From an uncultured Gammaproteobacteria bacterium (GTDB taxonomy: Bacteria; Patescibacteriota; Microgenomatia; Daviesbacterales; UBA10151), in assembly GCA_964392925.1 (NCBI GenBank), contig CAYMRP010000001.1, positions 51,945 through 115,944 on the forward strand: 64,000 nt of DNA, given 5' to 3'. Shown here one piece after another: positions 30,115 to 40,829 of the stretch; position 1 is the first letter of the stretch; every line of letters starts with the position of its first letter. A model generated the notes under the pieces. That model was not told the origin of the DNA. It saw only the letters and a program-made list of their open reading frames with translations, and ran no database searches. The translations under genes were made by a program, and so were the position numbers.

Positions 30115-31661
30115 AAAATTTTTTAGCAATAATTTTTATTATCGCTGTTGCTCTACGCTTTATTTACTTCCCAGATAACGTCTATTTTGGATACGACCAA
30201 GCTAGAGACGCTTATACTTCGCAAGAAATTATCGCTGGTGATATTATAATCAAAGGTCCTTCTGCTTCGTTTGACTCCAATATCTTTCATGGGGCTCTCA
30301 GCTATTATATTCTCGCCCCTTTGTATTATTTCTCTGGTGGTGATCCAACTCTTTTCTCTGTTGTTCTTAGGTTTTACAATGCTCTTGGAGTCATCCTGGT
30401 TTTCCTTATTGCAGCTTTGCTTTTTAATAGAAAAACTGCTCTTATAGCAGCAACTTTGTATGCAGTCTCCTACGAGCAGACTCAGTATGCCCTGTTCCTA
30501 AGCCACCCTTCATTCGCCGTTCTAACTGTTCTCCTGTTTTACTACGGCTGTGTCAAATACTTTTTTCAAAACAATCTAAAAGGTTTAGTTCTCTCAGCAA
30601 TTGGACTTGGATTATCAATTCAATTCCATTTCTCGCTAATTATTCTTGCCTTTGTTTTCTTAGTTATGTTTATTCTATTTAAAATTCCCTGGAATTTAAT
30701 TTCTACCGCTAATACTAAATTCTTTTCATTAGTAAAGAGTAGATTGCCAGATTATTTAAAGTACGCACTGATTTCAATAATCTGTTTTATACTCACTACT
30801 GCCACTTTCATAATCTCCGAGTATAAATACGGCGATTTTTTGAAAATCCTAACCTCCTCAAATCAGAATTCTTTAATAAACGCTAACAATACTATCGAGA
30901 GCGCCATCTTTCATATAACTACAATTACCCATGATAATCTAAACGCATTTCCGGGTAATTTTGCAGTCATTCTAACTTTAGCGCTGTTATCGACAGCCGC
31001 CCTAATCTACAGGAATAATCACAAGAAACAATTAGTATTTTTACTGATTTGGATTATTGGAGGAATTGTTCCTTATCTATTAAGCTATTCCAAAATTTAT
31101 TACTACGGAATTGGCGGCTCAATCGGTTTATTAGTCCTAACCGCTTTTATCATCGACAGGCTGTTTATAAAGCATCGAATCTTGGCAACCGGCCTTTTGG
31201 TTTTAATCATTAGCTCAAATCTCTATTTAATTATCACCCTCAATCAAACTAAATTTAATCAAAATATGATCGTTCAGGAGGGTTTAGTATTGCCAGTAGA
31301 AAAAGAAGTTTTAGATTTTATCTATCAAAGATCAGAGAATCAGCCATTCTCAGTTAATGCTGTAATGATTCCTTATAATGTTAATACAACTTGGGATTAT
31401 TTATTTAACTGGTATGGCTATAAAAAATATGGTCGTCTTCCTGTCTGGGGTGGGGATGCAGCCCCTGGCTATAAAGGCAAGTTGGAAGTAGTAACATCAA
31501 GAACCAATTTGCCAAAACGAAGATTTTTAATAATTGAACCCTCAAGAAATATTCCTTCATACATGATTTCAGGTCTTATCACAGAAGAGAATTATTTTTC
31601 TAAAGTTATCGAAGAAAAAAGCTTTGGTAATATTACTGTCCAAGTGAGAGATGCTATCTAA
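30111..31661 (+). CDS. Polytopic membrane protein, ArnT-like GT-C glycosyltransferase
   Basis: 516 aa. After TM1 the first-loop acidic motif reads YFGYDQARDAYTSQEI. There are at least 11 TM segments and a C-terminal soluble domain. Confidence 0.55.
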   Translation: MKNFLAIIFIIAVALRFIYFPDNVYFGYDQARDAYTSQEIIAGDIIIKGPSASFDSNIFHGALSYYILAPLYYFSGGDPTLFSVVLRFYNALGVILVFLIAALLFNRKTALIAATLYAVSYEQTQYALFLSHPSFAVLTVLLFYYGCVKYFFQNNLKGLVLSAIGLGLSIQFHFSLIILAFVFLVMFILFKIPWNLISTANTKFFSLVKSRLPDYLKYALISIICFILTTATFIISEYKYGDFLKILTSSNQNSLINANNTIESAIFHITTITHDNLNAFPGNFAVILTLALLSTAALIYRNNHKKQLVFLLIWIIGGIVPYLLSYSKIYYYGIGGSIGLLVLTAFIIDRLFIKHRILATGLLVLIISSNLYLIITLNQTKFNQNMIVQEGLVLPVEKEVLDFIYQRSENQPFSVNAVMIPYNVNTTWDYLFNWYGYKKYGRLPVWGGDAAPGYKGKLEVVTSRTNLPKRRFLIIEPSRNIPSYMISGLITEENYFSKVIEEKSFGNITVQVRDAI

Positions 31662-33201
31662 AAAACCCATTGCTCAGAAGCAGTAGTGAAGGGTTAGGCG
31701 GGTTATTAATTTCTTCCTCAGACAATCTGTATTTTTCAATTCTGTAATGCTTAAACTGTAAGATTTTTTCAGCTTGAGAGCTTATTTTTACATCCACATT
31801 TTTCCAGTTCTCGGGAGTAAGATCAGCTCTCCCAGTATTAAAATCAGCAATAATCAGGTAAGTGATTGGCTTCTTAATAAAAGCGAATGATTCAAGATGT
31901 TTATACTTGGCAGCCTCATACTCCATAGCATATCTCTGACTATAACCAAACAAATTCGGCGTATAAATAAAGTATCCAAAATCTTCATCAGAATCCTCAT
32001 AAACTATCTGCGCCATTTCTAAGTTATAATTCCAGCTGGTAAAATCCTGCTTTTCCTGAGTGTACGGATAATCTGTCACAATTCTTAATCCGAGCAAAAG
32101 ATTGTAACCGACAAGTATAAAAATGATTACGGCAGCTACTCTTTTTGAAATATTCATTAGTAGCGCACTAAATATAATTACCATCAAAGGTAAAAAAGGC
32201 CAGTAATAATTTACAATCTCTCCTTTAAATAAAAATGTTATTAATCCAAATCCAAAATAAAAATACCCAAACAACCAAAAGGGATCAGAGTATGAAAAAT
32301 GATTTCTTCTTAGTTGATAAAAAAGTAAAACAAAAAAGGACAGTGAAAATAGAACTTGCAAAGGTAAACTATTCTCAGCCAGCATTCTAAAATTATCCAT
32401 AAACAATTGATCAATTCTCGAGAATATAAAATTCCTAAAATTCATTTGAGTATTTTCAGTCACTAAATATAAAAGTACAGTCTTAACCTGCAAGAAATTA
32501 TTCTTCAATTCGAAAATAATAAAAGTTGAAAGTGGGAATACAATCAAAAGTAAATTCATTAGATGATATAACTTGTTTTTTCTGAAATTATAAATAGTTA
32601 GGTATATCGAAGTTAAAATAAAAATTGGCACTCCAAAAGCCATTTGAAACTGAATTATCAAGCCAACAATCAGTACTGATAATTGAAGATATATTGGCTT
32701 TAAACTCTTAATATATTTTTGAAAAAGATAGAAAAAAACCGGTACCAATATTACCGCCCCATAAGGGTTATAAAAATACTTTTCATCATCCGTAAAGTTT
32801 GTGATTGAGTTAGCAGACAAGATAAGAATGCTCAGAATTGCAGTCTTCCAATCAAATATCCTTGATGCAGTAAAAAAGACTAGATAAAGAAACACTCCTG
32901 AAAGTATCATCCAAAACCAGCCGAGTGCTACAGGATTTCCATTACCTATTAAAAGAGCTGGTAAGTTGAGATAGTACCAAAGTGGTCCGTGAAATAAGCC
33001 GGGGATAGTGCCTGAATGCGGACCAATCAAGGTTATATGATTATTATGAATAATCTCATACCAAAGTATTAAATCCCTCGAGATGTCAAAATTAATAAAA
33101 AAATTGTTATTAAGAACCCACCACCAACTCAGAACGAAACAAAATCCAATCAGAAAGATAACTGAAAATTTAATAATCTTACTAAAGCCTAAAGAGCTCA
33201 T
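31654..33201 (-). CDS. Polytopic membrane protein, ArnT-like GT-C glycosyltransferase
   Basis: 515 aa (INFDISRDLILWYEI after TM1). Its 3' end overlaps the convergent neighbour by 8 nt. Confidence 0.55.
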   Translation of the reverse strand: MSSLGFSKIIKFSVIFLIGFCFVLSWWWVLNNNFFINFDISRDLILWYEIIHNNHITLIGPHSGTIPGLFHGPLWYYLNLPALLIGNGNPVALGWFWMILSGVFLYLVFFTASRIFDWKTAILSILILSANSITNFTDDEKYFYNPYGAVILVPVFFYLFQKYIKSLKPIYLQLSVLIVGLIIQFQMAFGVPIFILTSIYLTIYNFRKNKLYHLMNLLLIVFPLSTFIIFELKNNFLQVKTVLLYLVTENTQMNFRNFIFSRIDQLFMDNFRMLAENSLPLQVLFSLSFFVLLFYQLRRNHFSYSDPFWLFGYFYFGFGLITFLFKGEIVNYYWPFLPLMVIIFSALLMNISKRVAAVIIFILVGYNLLLGLRIVTDYPYTQEKQDFTSWNYNLEMAQIVYEDSDEDFGYFIYTPNLFGYSQRYAMEYEAAKYKHLESFAFIKKPITYLIIADFNTGRADLTPENWKNVDVKISSQAEKILQFKHYRIEKYRLSEEEINNPPNPSLLLLSNGFFR

Positions 33202-33229
33202 ATATGTGACAGAAATGTTTTAATTAAAT

Positions 33230-34177
33230 CTATCCCTCAAGAATCTTCTTATAAAATTTGAGGTTGCTTACCTGTTCTTTTATTGTACATAGATTCTTTT
33301 TATTTCCCAAAAAAGCCGTAATTTCTTTATAAATTCCTGGTTTATAATCCAAATCCAACTTGTCATCTATGCTGTAATCCTTAACCTTAAAACTTCCTAC
33401 ATCCTGAATCTGCAATTTCTCCAATGGTTTAAAAATTAATTTATGTTTGGCGGTATGTATCTCAACAGCCCATCTTCCTGCCGATTTCCAATTCGCATGA
33501 TATGAAAAAGGGATTCCTTTTTCTAGCAATCCAGAACCAGTAAAGATTGCTCCAGCTGGATGCCATGACAATGTTCCTGAAACTTCACAATTCATTTTTA
33601 CAGGAATACCAGCTATGTAGAATGCCATATCAATAACATGAGTAGAGTTATGTAGAAACCAGTTTTCCTTAACCCCTGGAGCTCTGACTAAAGGCACAAT
33701 TTTGTGAACAGCTTCTGTAAAATCAAAATAAAGCGATAGCACTCCGCCGTCTTTTTTAATGATCTTGGAGGCTTCCTCAACTGAAGCATAAAACCTTCTG
33801 TTGTATCCCAAGTAAACATTAGTCCCTTTTTCCTCAGCTGTCTTTGCTACTTTCTTGATTTCCTGAAAATCTGCTCCTCCTGGTTTTTCAGCTAGGATCT
33901 CTTTAGTCCCGGCCTTTATCAACTTAATTGTAGTCAATCCAATCTGATCTTCGCTTACTGCCACGATTGCACTTTTTGGAACATTTAAATTCTCAGCTAA
34001 ATATTTTTCAATCCCTCCTCTGAATACTTTTACTCCAATTTCCTTTTCAAAATTATTAGCTGATTCTTCTCCTCGTCCAACAACAATAAATTCCTGTTTT
34101 AAAGCTCTCAATACCTTTGCAAATTCAACGCCCATGTAACCTGATCCGATTAGTAATATTGGTTGATTATTTTTCAT
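33230..34177 (-). CDS. Gfo/Idh/MocA family oxidoreductase
   Basis: 315 aa. The N-terminal Rossmann motif reads ILLIGSGYMGVEFAKVL. Confidence 0.65.
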   Translation of the reverse strand: MKNNQPILLIGSGYMGVEFAKVLRALKQEFIVVGRGEESANNFEKEIGVKVFRGGIEKYLAENLNVPKSAIVAVSEDQIGLTTIKLIKAGTKEILAEKPGGADFQEIKKVAKTAEEKGTNVYLGYNRRFYASVEEASKIIKKDGGVLSLYFDFTEAVHKIVPLVRAPGVKENWFLHNSTHVIDMAFYIAGIPVKMNCEVSGTLSWHPAGAIFTGSGLLEKGIPFSYHANWKSAGRWAVEIHTAKHKLIFKPLEKLQIQDVGSFKVKDYSIDDKLDLDYKPGIYKEITAFLGNKKNLCTIKEQVSNLKFYKKILEG

Positions 34178-34179
34178 TT

Positions 34180-35157
34180 TTAAGTAAAAGGATACAAATT
34201 CTGTTTTTTATCAGAATTCCTATTTATAAATCTTAACAGCTCCTCAAGTAGTTCTAAATGCACTTTTACAGATTGTTGGTAAGTCGGGAGACCACAACTT
34301 CCTGTTTTAAGAATATCTTCAACAACAATATTTGTCATATCACTTTGAAAGAGTAATGATTCTGGTGAGGGTTTAATCTCCCATTTTGGGGAATTAGAAA
34401 TAAATGTTTCTCTGGTCGTCTCATTAGCAGTTGCTTGAAAACTATCTGAACTAATTTGAGCTATGATCGGAGCTTCGCCTTCAGGGAAATCTGAGAAAAC
34501 TCCGGTACTGCCATTACTAAAATTAACTATCATAGTCCCAGTCAATTCTAGAAAGCCTGCTCTTTTGCTTTGCAAAAGATTCTTATCAAGTCCGGTTGTA
34601 TCAACTTTAAATTCATAATCATCTAGAAGAAAGGCCATATGATCAATAAAATGTATGGCTTGAGTGGCGATACCAAACCGGCTGCCAGTTAACAGATAAA
34701 CAATTCTCTTCCCTTTAAATTTGTCCTTTAACTTTTGATAAAAAGGGGTAACTCTCATACTGCAATTAACCCAGGCTTTAATGTTTTTCTTCTCCAGCAA
34801 TCTATTAACAAAATCGTAATCATTCTTTTTCTGAAAAAGTAATTTCTCAAAAATAATGTTTCTCACCTCAGATTGGGTTAGTAATTCCTCAGTAACTTTA
34901 CGGCGGATATTTGAACTAGTAGCGATTATAGCCACATCAACCTGAGTCGATATCATCCTGGAATCTGTCAAAAAAATAATCTGATGTTTACTATGATTTG
35001 GTATTTGCTTGAATCTTTCTTCAGCAACTTTTAACGATTCGATAGAAGGATCAAAAACCTCAATAGATAGAGGACTATTTATCTTAGCCAGCCCCTGCAG
35101 ATGCCGGCTGCCGATATTACCTGCACCAATAAGAACAATATTCTTAGGCGGTTTCAT
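34180..35157 (-). CDS. Gfo/Idh/MocA family oxidoreductase
   Basis: 325 aa (IVLIGAGNIGSRHLQGL). Confidence 0.65.
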   Translation of the reverse strand: MKPPKNIVLIGAGNIGSRHLQGLAKINSPLSIEVFDPSIESLKVAEERFKQIPNHSKHQIIFLTDSRMISTQVDVAIIATSSNIRRKVTEELLTQSEVRNIIFEKLLFQKKNDYDFVNRLLEKKNIKAWVNCSMRVTPFYQKLKDKFKGKRIVYLLTGSRFGIATQAIHFIDHMAFLLDDYEFKVDTTGLDKNLLQSKRAGFLELTGTMIVNFSNGSTGVFSDFPEGEAPIIAQISSDSFQATANETTRETFISNSPKWEIKPSPESLLFQSDMTNIVVEDILKTGSCGLPTYQQSVKVHLELLEELLRFINRNSDKKQNLYPFT

Positions 35158-36433
35158 TTTTCTCCCAAACAGGGTGTCTTAATTCCCATTGATTATTCTC
35201 CAATTTCCAAAGATGGGGAGAGCGTCCTCTATTAATTAACTTCCAAAATTCTTCTTCAGTTAATTCCATATACTCCAAAATCTGTTTAAAGTACTTAGCA
35301 GGAAACTCTGTATCAAATTTTTTGACTAGAGCCACCCCTTCTTCCCGGGTAATCTTTCTGTTTCTAATTTCTTGTGATGAATCATAAGAAGCCCTTCCTA
35401 AGCCAAACTTTATCAGTGTTGTGTAATAATGAAACGGATCTATTCTGTCATCAATCGAAGAGTACTTTGAGTAAGATCCTTCTGTGCGTTCAGTATTTGG
35501 TTTAAAACCTGTGTGTTCTGCAGCATAATAGTAACATTCCTGTGGGTCCCATTTTAAATAGTACCCAAGATAATGAACTGTCGTCCCGACCTTTTTAATC
35601 AGCGACTTGTCGGCAGGTAAATAGGGAAGTAGATCATTCTCCTGCAATTTATATTCCTTAATAAGATCACGCGCTTTTACCCCTCCTAAAAATACTTTAT
35701 TTAAATCAATATCGTCCTCATAAAATTTTGGATCCATAGTCGGTTTAAAATTTTCCTTAATATTATGCCCGTACTCTGCCTGGTTTTCTCCGTAAAAAAT
35801 TAATGGCACCTTATGTAAAACTGATTGCTTTGAAGCAATATGTCTTTGTCCAACAATAAAAGGTTGAAATGGGTGAAGCAGATTCACAAACGCCAGTTTT
35901 GTTAAAAGTCTGTGCAATTTACCGTTAGGCGAAAATAATACATTATCAAAACCACTATGAATCCAAGATTTAAAATTTTCAAAACCAATATCAGTATAAA
36001 TATGTGGAGCCCATGTCACAGTTAGCGGATTCATTTTATACTTGTATTTAAGTATGTGTGAAGTAAAAGCACTGTCTTTACCTCCTGAACCAGGAACTAT
36101 GCAATCATAGTTGCCTTTTTTACTTCTATAAAAGTTACACAGCTTAATCAATTCTTTTTCTCTTTTTTCCCAGTCAATCTCCTGATCTTTAATATCTGCA
36201 TATCTGCATGCTGAGCAAACACCTTCTTTGTCCATTGCGATTGTCTCTTTTTTATTCGCCTGCTTATTCTTAAATTCGACTGTCGAGTTTGGTCTTTGAT
36301 TTGAAATAATGCATCTTGTACAAAATTTAACTTGAGACGGAAGTCCATAAAGAGCCTTTAAGTTTTTAGTTTTAGTAGGGGAGAATTGAGTTAGTTCTGA
36401 TTTTTTAAGACCGGCTGTTATAAAGTTATCCAT
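35144..36433 (-). CDS. N-acetyl sugar amidotransferase (WbpG/WbuX/PseA family, PP-loop ATPase)
   Basis: 429 aa. The PP-loop reads CIVPGSGGKDS and the N-terminal cysteine-rich region reads CTRC ... CSAC. Confidence 0.7.
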   Translation of the reverse strand: MDNFITAGLKKSELTQFSPTKTKNLKALYGLPSQVKFCTRCIISNQRPNSTVEFKNKQANKKETIAMDKEGVCSACRYADIKDQEIDWEKREKELIKLCNFYRSKKGNYDCIVPGSGGKDSAFTSHILKYKYKMNPLTVTWAPHIYTDIGFENFKSWIHSGFDNVLFSPNGKLHRLLTKLAFVNLLHPFQPFIVGQRHIASKQSVLHKVPLIFYGENQAEYGHNIKENFKPTMDPKFYEDDIDLNKVFLGGVKARDLIKEYKLQENDLLPYLPADKSLIKKVGTTVHYLGYYLKWDPQECYYYAAEHTGFKPNTERTEGSYSKYSSIDDRIDPFHYYTTLIKFGLGRASYDSSQEIRNRKITREEGVALVKKFDTEFPAKYFKQILEYMELTEEEFWKLINRGRSPHLWKLENNQWELRHPVWEKNETA

Positions 36434-36439
36434 TAGTAG

Positions 36440-37138
36440 TTAATCTCGCACAATTTTTTTATCAGAACATCTCTCTACAAATTTTCCAAAATTTCTATAA
36501 ATCTCGGGGCCATCTTTACCACTCTTTTCAGGGTGAAACTGAACAGCAAAAACATTATTCTTTGAGACAGCACTTACAAACTCAAACCCCTCGTAATTTG
36601 TAGTCGTAGCGATAATATCACGATCCTCAGGAATGCAAAAGTAGGAATGTACAAAATACATATAATCGCTATTTTTAAATCCTTTAAACAATGATGTTTC
36701 CTTTTTGATTTCAATTTTATCCCAGCCAATATGAGGTATTCTCATTCTCTCAGTCGTATCAGGTGTATTGTTAAACTTCTTAACAGATCCCTTAAAAACT
36801 CCCAAACCTTGATGTTCTCCAAATTCCGTACTCGTCTCAAACAACAACTGCATTCCTAAACAGACACCCATAAACGGTTTATTCTTCTGAATGTGATTTT
36901 TTATAGCCTGTGTTAAACCCAGCGAATCCAGATTCTTCATGGCATCCGCAAAGGCCCCAACCCCAGGCAGTATTATGCCATCGGCCTCATCTAGATCCTT
37001 AGGATCAGAAGTTATCTTTACATCGATTCCTACATATTCGCAAGCATGTGCCACTGAAAAAAGATTACTCAATTTAAAATCAATAATCACAATGTTCAAT
37101 TTTCTAAATGTATTACTGTCTTTATTTAAGATCGGCAT
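36440..37138 (-). CDS. HisH-like glutamine amidotransferase (WbuY-type, paired with the amidotransferase above)
   Basis: 232 aa class-I GATase (GVCLGMQLL, catalytic Cys; HVQFHPEKS). Confidence 0.75.
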   Translation of the reverse strand: MPILNKDSNTFRKLNIVIIDFKLSNLFSVAHACEYVGIDVKITSDPKDLDEADGIILPGVGAFADAMKNLDSLGLTQAIKNHIQKNKPFMGVCLGMQLLFETSTEFGEHQGLGVFKGSVKKFNNTPDTTERMRIPHIGWDKIEIKKETSLFKGFKNSDYMYFVHSYFCIPEDRDIIATTTNYEGFEFVSAVSKNNVFAVQFHPEKSGKDGPEIYRNFGKFVERCSDKKIVRD

Positions 37139-37968
37139 GAAACCCCATTTCTTTTTAAATACTTTTTCACTTCCTCAACAGAACTTATTTTTATATTTTT
37201 ATTCGACAACCCGCTTTTTATAAAATTATTACTTCCTTGTTCAAGATCAACATCTCGGCTCATTCTCTCAAGAGCACCATAGTGAAGCATTGAGGCAATA
37301 GCAATTCCACCGACTCCATTAATCAAACAAGCATCCTTTATGTCATCCAATTTTCCTGCACCTCCGTGTACCACGATCGGAACATTCACAGCCCTTGCAA
37401 CGGCTTTGATTAAATCGGTATCAAAACCCTTTCCTGTACCCTCCTTATCAACCGACGTAAGAATTATTTCTCCGGCTCCCAGACTCTCCACCTGTTTTGC
37501 CCATGCTATAACCTCAAGTCCTGTCTTTTCTCTGCCATTATCAGTAAATGCATAATAATTACCATCGCTTTGTTTGATTGCCTCAATCGAAACGACAAGA
37601 TTAGCTGACCCAAAAAGATTGGCCGCTTCAGAAATTAGTTGCGGATTCTTGACAGCAGCAGTATTAATAGAAACTTTATCTGCTCCGGCCCGAAACATAG
37701 CTTGCATATCTTGAATACTTCTAATGCCTCCTCCAACTGCCAGTGGTATGAAGATCTCCTTAGCAGTTCTGGTAATTATTTCCTGCAAACTATTTCTTCC
37801 GTAAAGAGAAGCCACCACATCCATATACAAAAGTTCATCAGCTCCATTATCAAAATAGTATTTTGCATATTGCTCGGGTCGACCTAGAATTCTCAGACCT
37901 TCAAGATGCATACCTTTCACTAAATTCGGCCCTTTAATATCAAGTCTTGGGATAATTCTTATATTCAT
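37126..37968 (-). CDS. HisF-like cyclase subunit (WbuZ-type)
   Basis: 280 aa TIM barrel (RIIPRLDIKGPNLVKG; VGGGIRS; HGGAG). Confidence 0.75.
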   Translation of the reverse strand: MNIRIIPRLDIKGPNLVKGMHLEGLRILGRPEQYAKYYFDNGADELLYMDVVASLYGRNSLQEIITRTAKEIFIPLAVGGGIRSIQDMQAMFRAGADKVSINTAAVKNPQLISEAANLFGSANLVVSIEAIKQSDGNYYAFTDNGREKTGLEVIAWAKQVESLGAGEIILTSVDKEGTGKGFDTDLIKAVARAVNVPIVVHGGAGKLDDIKDACLINGVGGIAIASMLHYGALERMSRDVDLEQGSNNFIKSGLSNKNIKISSVEEVKKYLKRNGVSCRS

Positions 37969-38813
37969 AATGATTCTTTCCGAAGAAAATTCTCAAAAGT
38001 TTTCTTAAGTCCTGATTCCAAAGAATACTCGGGCAAAAATCCGGCAGCTTTTATAATTTTCCCATTATCACCAACAATGGACTTTTTTTCCAACATTTCT
38101 ACTCCTTCAATCCTCTTTAATTTTATTTGTCCTGTCTTTTCTACTTCTGATATTAATTCGTTTATAGAGTATCCGCGCCCGCTGCAAATATTGAATATCT
38201 CGACTTGAAATTCTTGATTATTAATAATCAAGAATTTGAGATACTTCGCCACATCTTCAACAAATATATAATCCCGGATCTGATCTCCACTATTATTTAC
38301 CGAGAACGGTAATTTATTGTAAGTAGCGCTAACTATTTTTTGCACAATGCCTAAATTCTTCACATCACCATAAACATTCCCAATTCTCGCAATAGTTAAT
38401 AGCTTATTTTGTTTCCTAACAAATTGAATTAACAATGTCTCTTCCTTAGCTTTTTGCTTTTCGTAATCTGTAATAGGATTAACTTCTGATTCTTCAGAAT
38501 GCTTTCTTAAACTGTCCTTATATAGGAGTAGGGTAGAGCCAAAAATTATTCTCTTTATATCCTGACTATAATCCTGAATATATTTGATTAATTCTAGATT
38601 TGGCTGAGTCAAAATTATAACTAAATCGCACTGATCTAATAAATTCTCCTTCGAACTAAATTTTATATATTTGACATTTTTAAACCTAAACTTCGGTGAG
38701 CTTTTGTTATAGATAACCCTAACTTTTAATTCTGGAGTTTCCTGCAACAGTTTAACTAGATACCCCCCAATAAATCCATTCCCTCCAAACACCGCTACAT
38801 TTCTTAACGCCAT
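37965..38813 (-). CDS. NAD(P)-dependent sugar reductase/epimerase (short SDR, RmlD-like size)
   Basis: 282 aa (VAVFGGNGFIGGYLV). Confidence 0.55.
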   Translation of the reverse strand: MALRNVAVFGGNGFIGGYLVKLLQETPELKVRVIYNKSSPKFRFKNVKYIKFSSKENLLDQCDLVIILTQPNLELIKYIQDYSQDIKRIIFGSTLLLYKDSLRKHSEESEVNPITDYEKQKAKEETLLIQFVRKQNKLLTIARIGNVYGDVKNLGIVQKIVSATYNKLPFSVNNSGDQIRDYIFVEDVAKYLKFLIINNQEFQVEIFNICSGRGYSINELISEVEKTGQIKLKRIEGVEMLEKKSIVGDNGKIIKAAGFLPEYSLESGLKKTFENFLRKESL

Positions 38814-38816
38814 AAT

Positions 38817-39968
38817 CTAGTATGTTATCACTTTTTGGATCGGCGGCAGCTCGATAGTTTCTAAAATCCTAACCACCTTCTCCGCAGTATTCCCAGCATC
38901 ATACGGATTCTTACCATTATGTACCTTATTTATAAATTTCTTATCAAACAAACATCTTTCAATCGCATTCATAATTTCTTTTTTATCATAATCAACATCA
39001 ATTGTATTAACTCCTTTTTCTCTAAATTGTTCACGCGTTCCGATATTAACTGTTGGTAATTTTAACGAAGGAGCTTCGTGAATCCCGGCTGAAGAATTGC
39101 CCACCAAGACTGACGCAATATTCATTAGTCTCAGAAAATCTTCATAATCAATATGAGGAAAAGAATTAATTCCTGATTTTTCTATATACTTAACAATTCT
39201 GCCTCCTCCAGCATCATTATTTGAATAAACAGCCAAAGCCTCTGTGTCATGTTTCTGATTCATTTCTTTCACAGCATCAATAGTTTCTTTAATTTGCGAC
39301 TCCACTTTATCAACCTCAGTCGTAACCGGGTGCTGCAAAATAATAATTAACGGTTTTTTATAATCAAAGTTATACTTTTTGGCTAAAGATTCTTTTGATG
39401 AATACGAAATATTATGAATGGTATCCAAACTTGGACTTCCAACATTAAATACATATTTAGGATTCTCACCGAGTTTAATAATTCTATTTTTACTTCTCTC
39501 TGTCGCCGCAAAATGAATATGGGCAAACTTTGTCATACCATGTCTAATAACTTCATCAACGGTTCCTGACACTTCACCTCCCTGGATATGAGACACAACA
39601 GTATTAATATGCATTCCTGTAATTGCGGCCGCAAAGTTAGCACCAATATCAAATCCAGAAAAAATAACATCGGGTTTTAATTTCGGGAAAATATCCGCAA
39701 ATGCAACTAAAGCTTTACCCATCCCCCTAACCATAGACGCACCATCATCGTGATCTTTCTCGCTAAATATAGGCACTAACTTATCAATTCTAAATCCATC
39801 CTGAAGGATATTCTTTTTTGTTTCACCATACTTTTTTAATAAATGCATCCCTGTCACAACTAATTGGAGCTCTAACCTCGGAGATTTTTGAACCGCTTTC
39901 ATAATTGGTTTTAAACGGCTGTAATCAGCCCGTCTTTCTGTGATAAATAATATTTTTCTTTTTTTCAT
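38817..39968 (-). CDS. UDP-N-acetylglucosamine 2-epimerase, hydrolysing type (NeuC/LegG family)
   Basis: 383 aa. The N-terminus ILFITERRADYSRLKPI matches the NeuC-type TGTRADxxKLxP region. HIQGGE is also present. Confidence 0.65.
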   Translation of the reverse strand: MKKRKILFITERRADYSRLKPIMKAVQKSPRLELQLVVTGMHLLKKYGETKKNILQDGFRIDKLVPIFSEKDHDDGASMVRGMGKALVAFADIFPKLKPDVIFSGFDIGANFAAAITGMHINTVVSHIQGGEVSGTVDEVIRHGMTKFAHIHFAATERSKNRIIKLGENPKYVFNVGSPSLDTIHNISYSSKESLAKKYNFDYKKPLIIILQHPVTTEVDKVESQIKETIDAVKEMNQKHDTEALAVYSNNDAGGGRIVKYIEKSGINSFPHIDYEDFLRLMNIASVLVGNSSAGIHEAPSLKLPTVNIGTREQFREKGVNTIDVDYDKKEIMNAIERCLFDKKFINKVHNGKNPYDAGNTAEKVVRILETIELPPIQKVITY

Positions 39969-39980
39969 GTTGTGAAAATA

Positions 39981-40829
39981 CTAAAGAGGTTTTTCTAAAA
40001 CAAATCCAACAGCTCTGTTTCCAAATCCTCCAATATTATAATTCACAAACACCTCCGGTAAATTTGCATCATTCTTAACTTTGCGGTTTTCCGGATTGTC
40101 TGTTTTTATAATAATTTCTTGAATAATTTTAAATCCAGATTTCTTAATAAATTTCTCCCATTCAAATAGTCTATATTCATGTTCGCCATTTTCCCTTCTG
40201 GTTAGTTTAATTCCTGCCGGTCTAAAATTATTCTTTAAAAATTCTTCGCTATAAACTATATTTAACATTCTCTCGATCTCTTTATCCGGCGTATCATTAT
40301 TATGAAACTTATCAACAAAGATAAATCTACCTCCCGGTTTTAAAACTCTTAACGCTTCTTTTAAAGTTACAACAGGATTCAGTGAGTGATGCATCGAGAA
40401 CCAGCAAGTTGCAAAATCAAGAGATGAATCTTTGATATTTAAATTATCAAAGTCGCCAATAACTGATACAACTTTATTTCTTTGGGGTTCATCTAGAATC
40501 TTATTAATTACAATTGGTTGACAAAGAGTCACTACACTTTCCACCAACTCTACACTATAAATTTTCTTGACCTGTTCCTTTTTAGCGATAGTAGCGCTTA
40601 TGCATCCAACACCAGATCCTAAGTCGATACCTTTACCATAAAATGATTCCCAGCCTTCCGGGATATGCAAAAAAGTTTTTTTGACATCATCAGGCGAAAT
40701 ATAAACATAGTCCGAAATTAGCGCGTTATAACCTTTTTTGGATAATTTTTGCGCCAGCAACTCATTCCCTTTATATTCCTGATTATCTATATTAAAGCCA
40801 ATTTTCCATCTTTGAATTTTAGACTTCAT
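39981..40829 (-). CDS. Class I SAM-dependent methyltransferase
   Basis: 282 aa (GIDLGSGVGCIS ... LKPGGRFIFVD). Confidence 0.6.
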   Translation of the reverse strand: MKSKIQRWKIGFNIDNQEYKGNELLAQKLSKKGYNALISDYVYISPDDVKKTFLHIPEGWESFYGKGIDLGSGVGCISATIAKKEQVKKIYSVELVESVVTLCQPIVINKILDEPQRNKVVSVIGDFDNLNIKDSSLDFATCWFSMHHSLNPVVTLKEALRVLKPGGRFIFVDKFHNNDTPDKEIERMLNIVYSEEFLKNNFRPAGIKLTRRENGEHEYRLFEWEKFIKKSGFKIIQEIIIKTDNPENRKVKNDANLPEVFVNYNIGGFGNRAVGFVLEKPL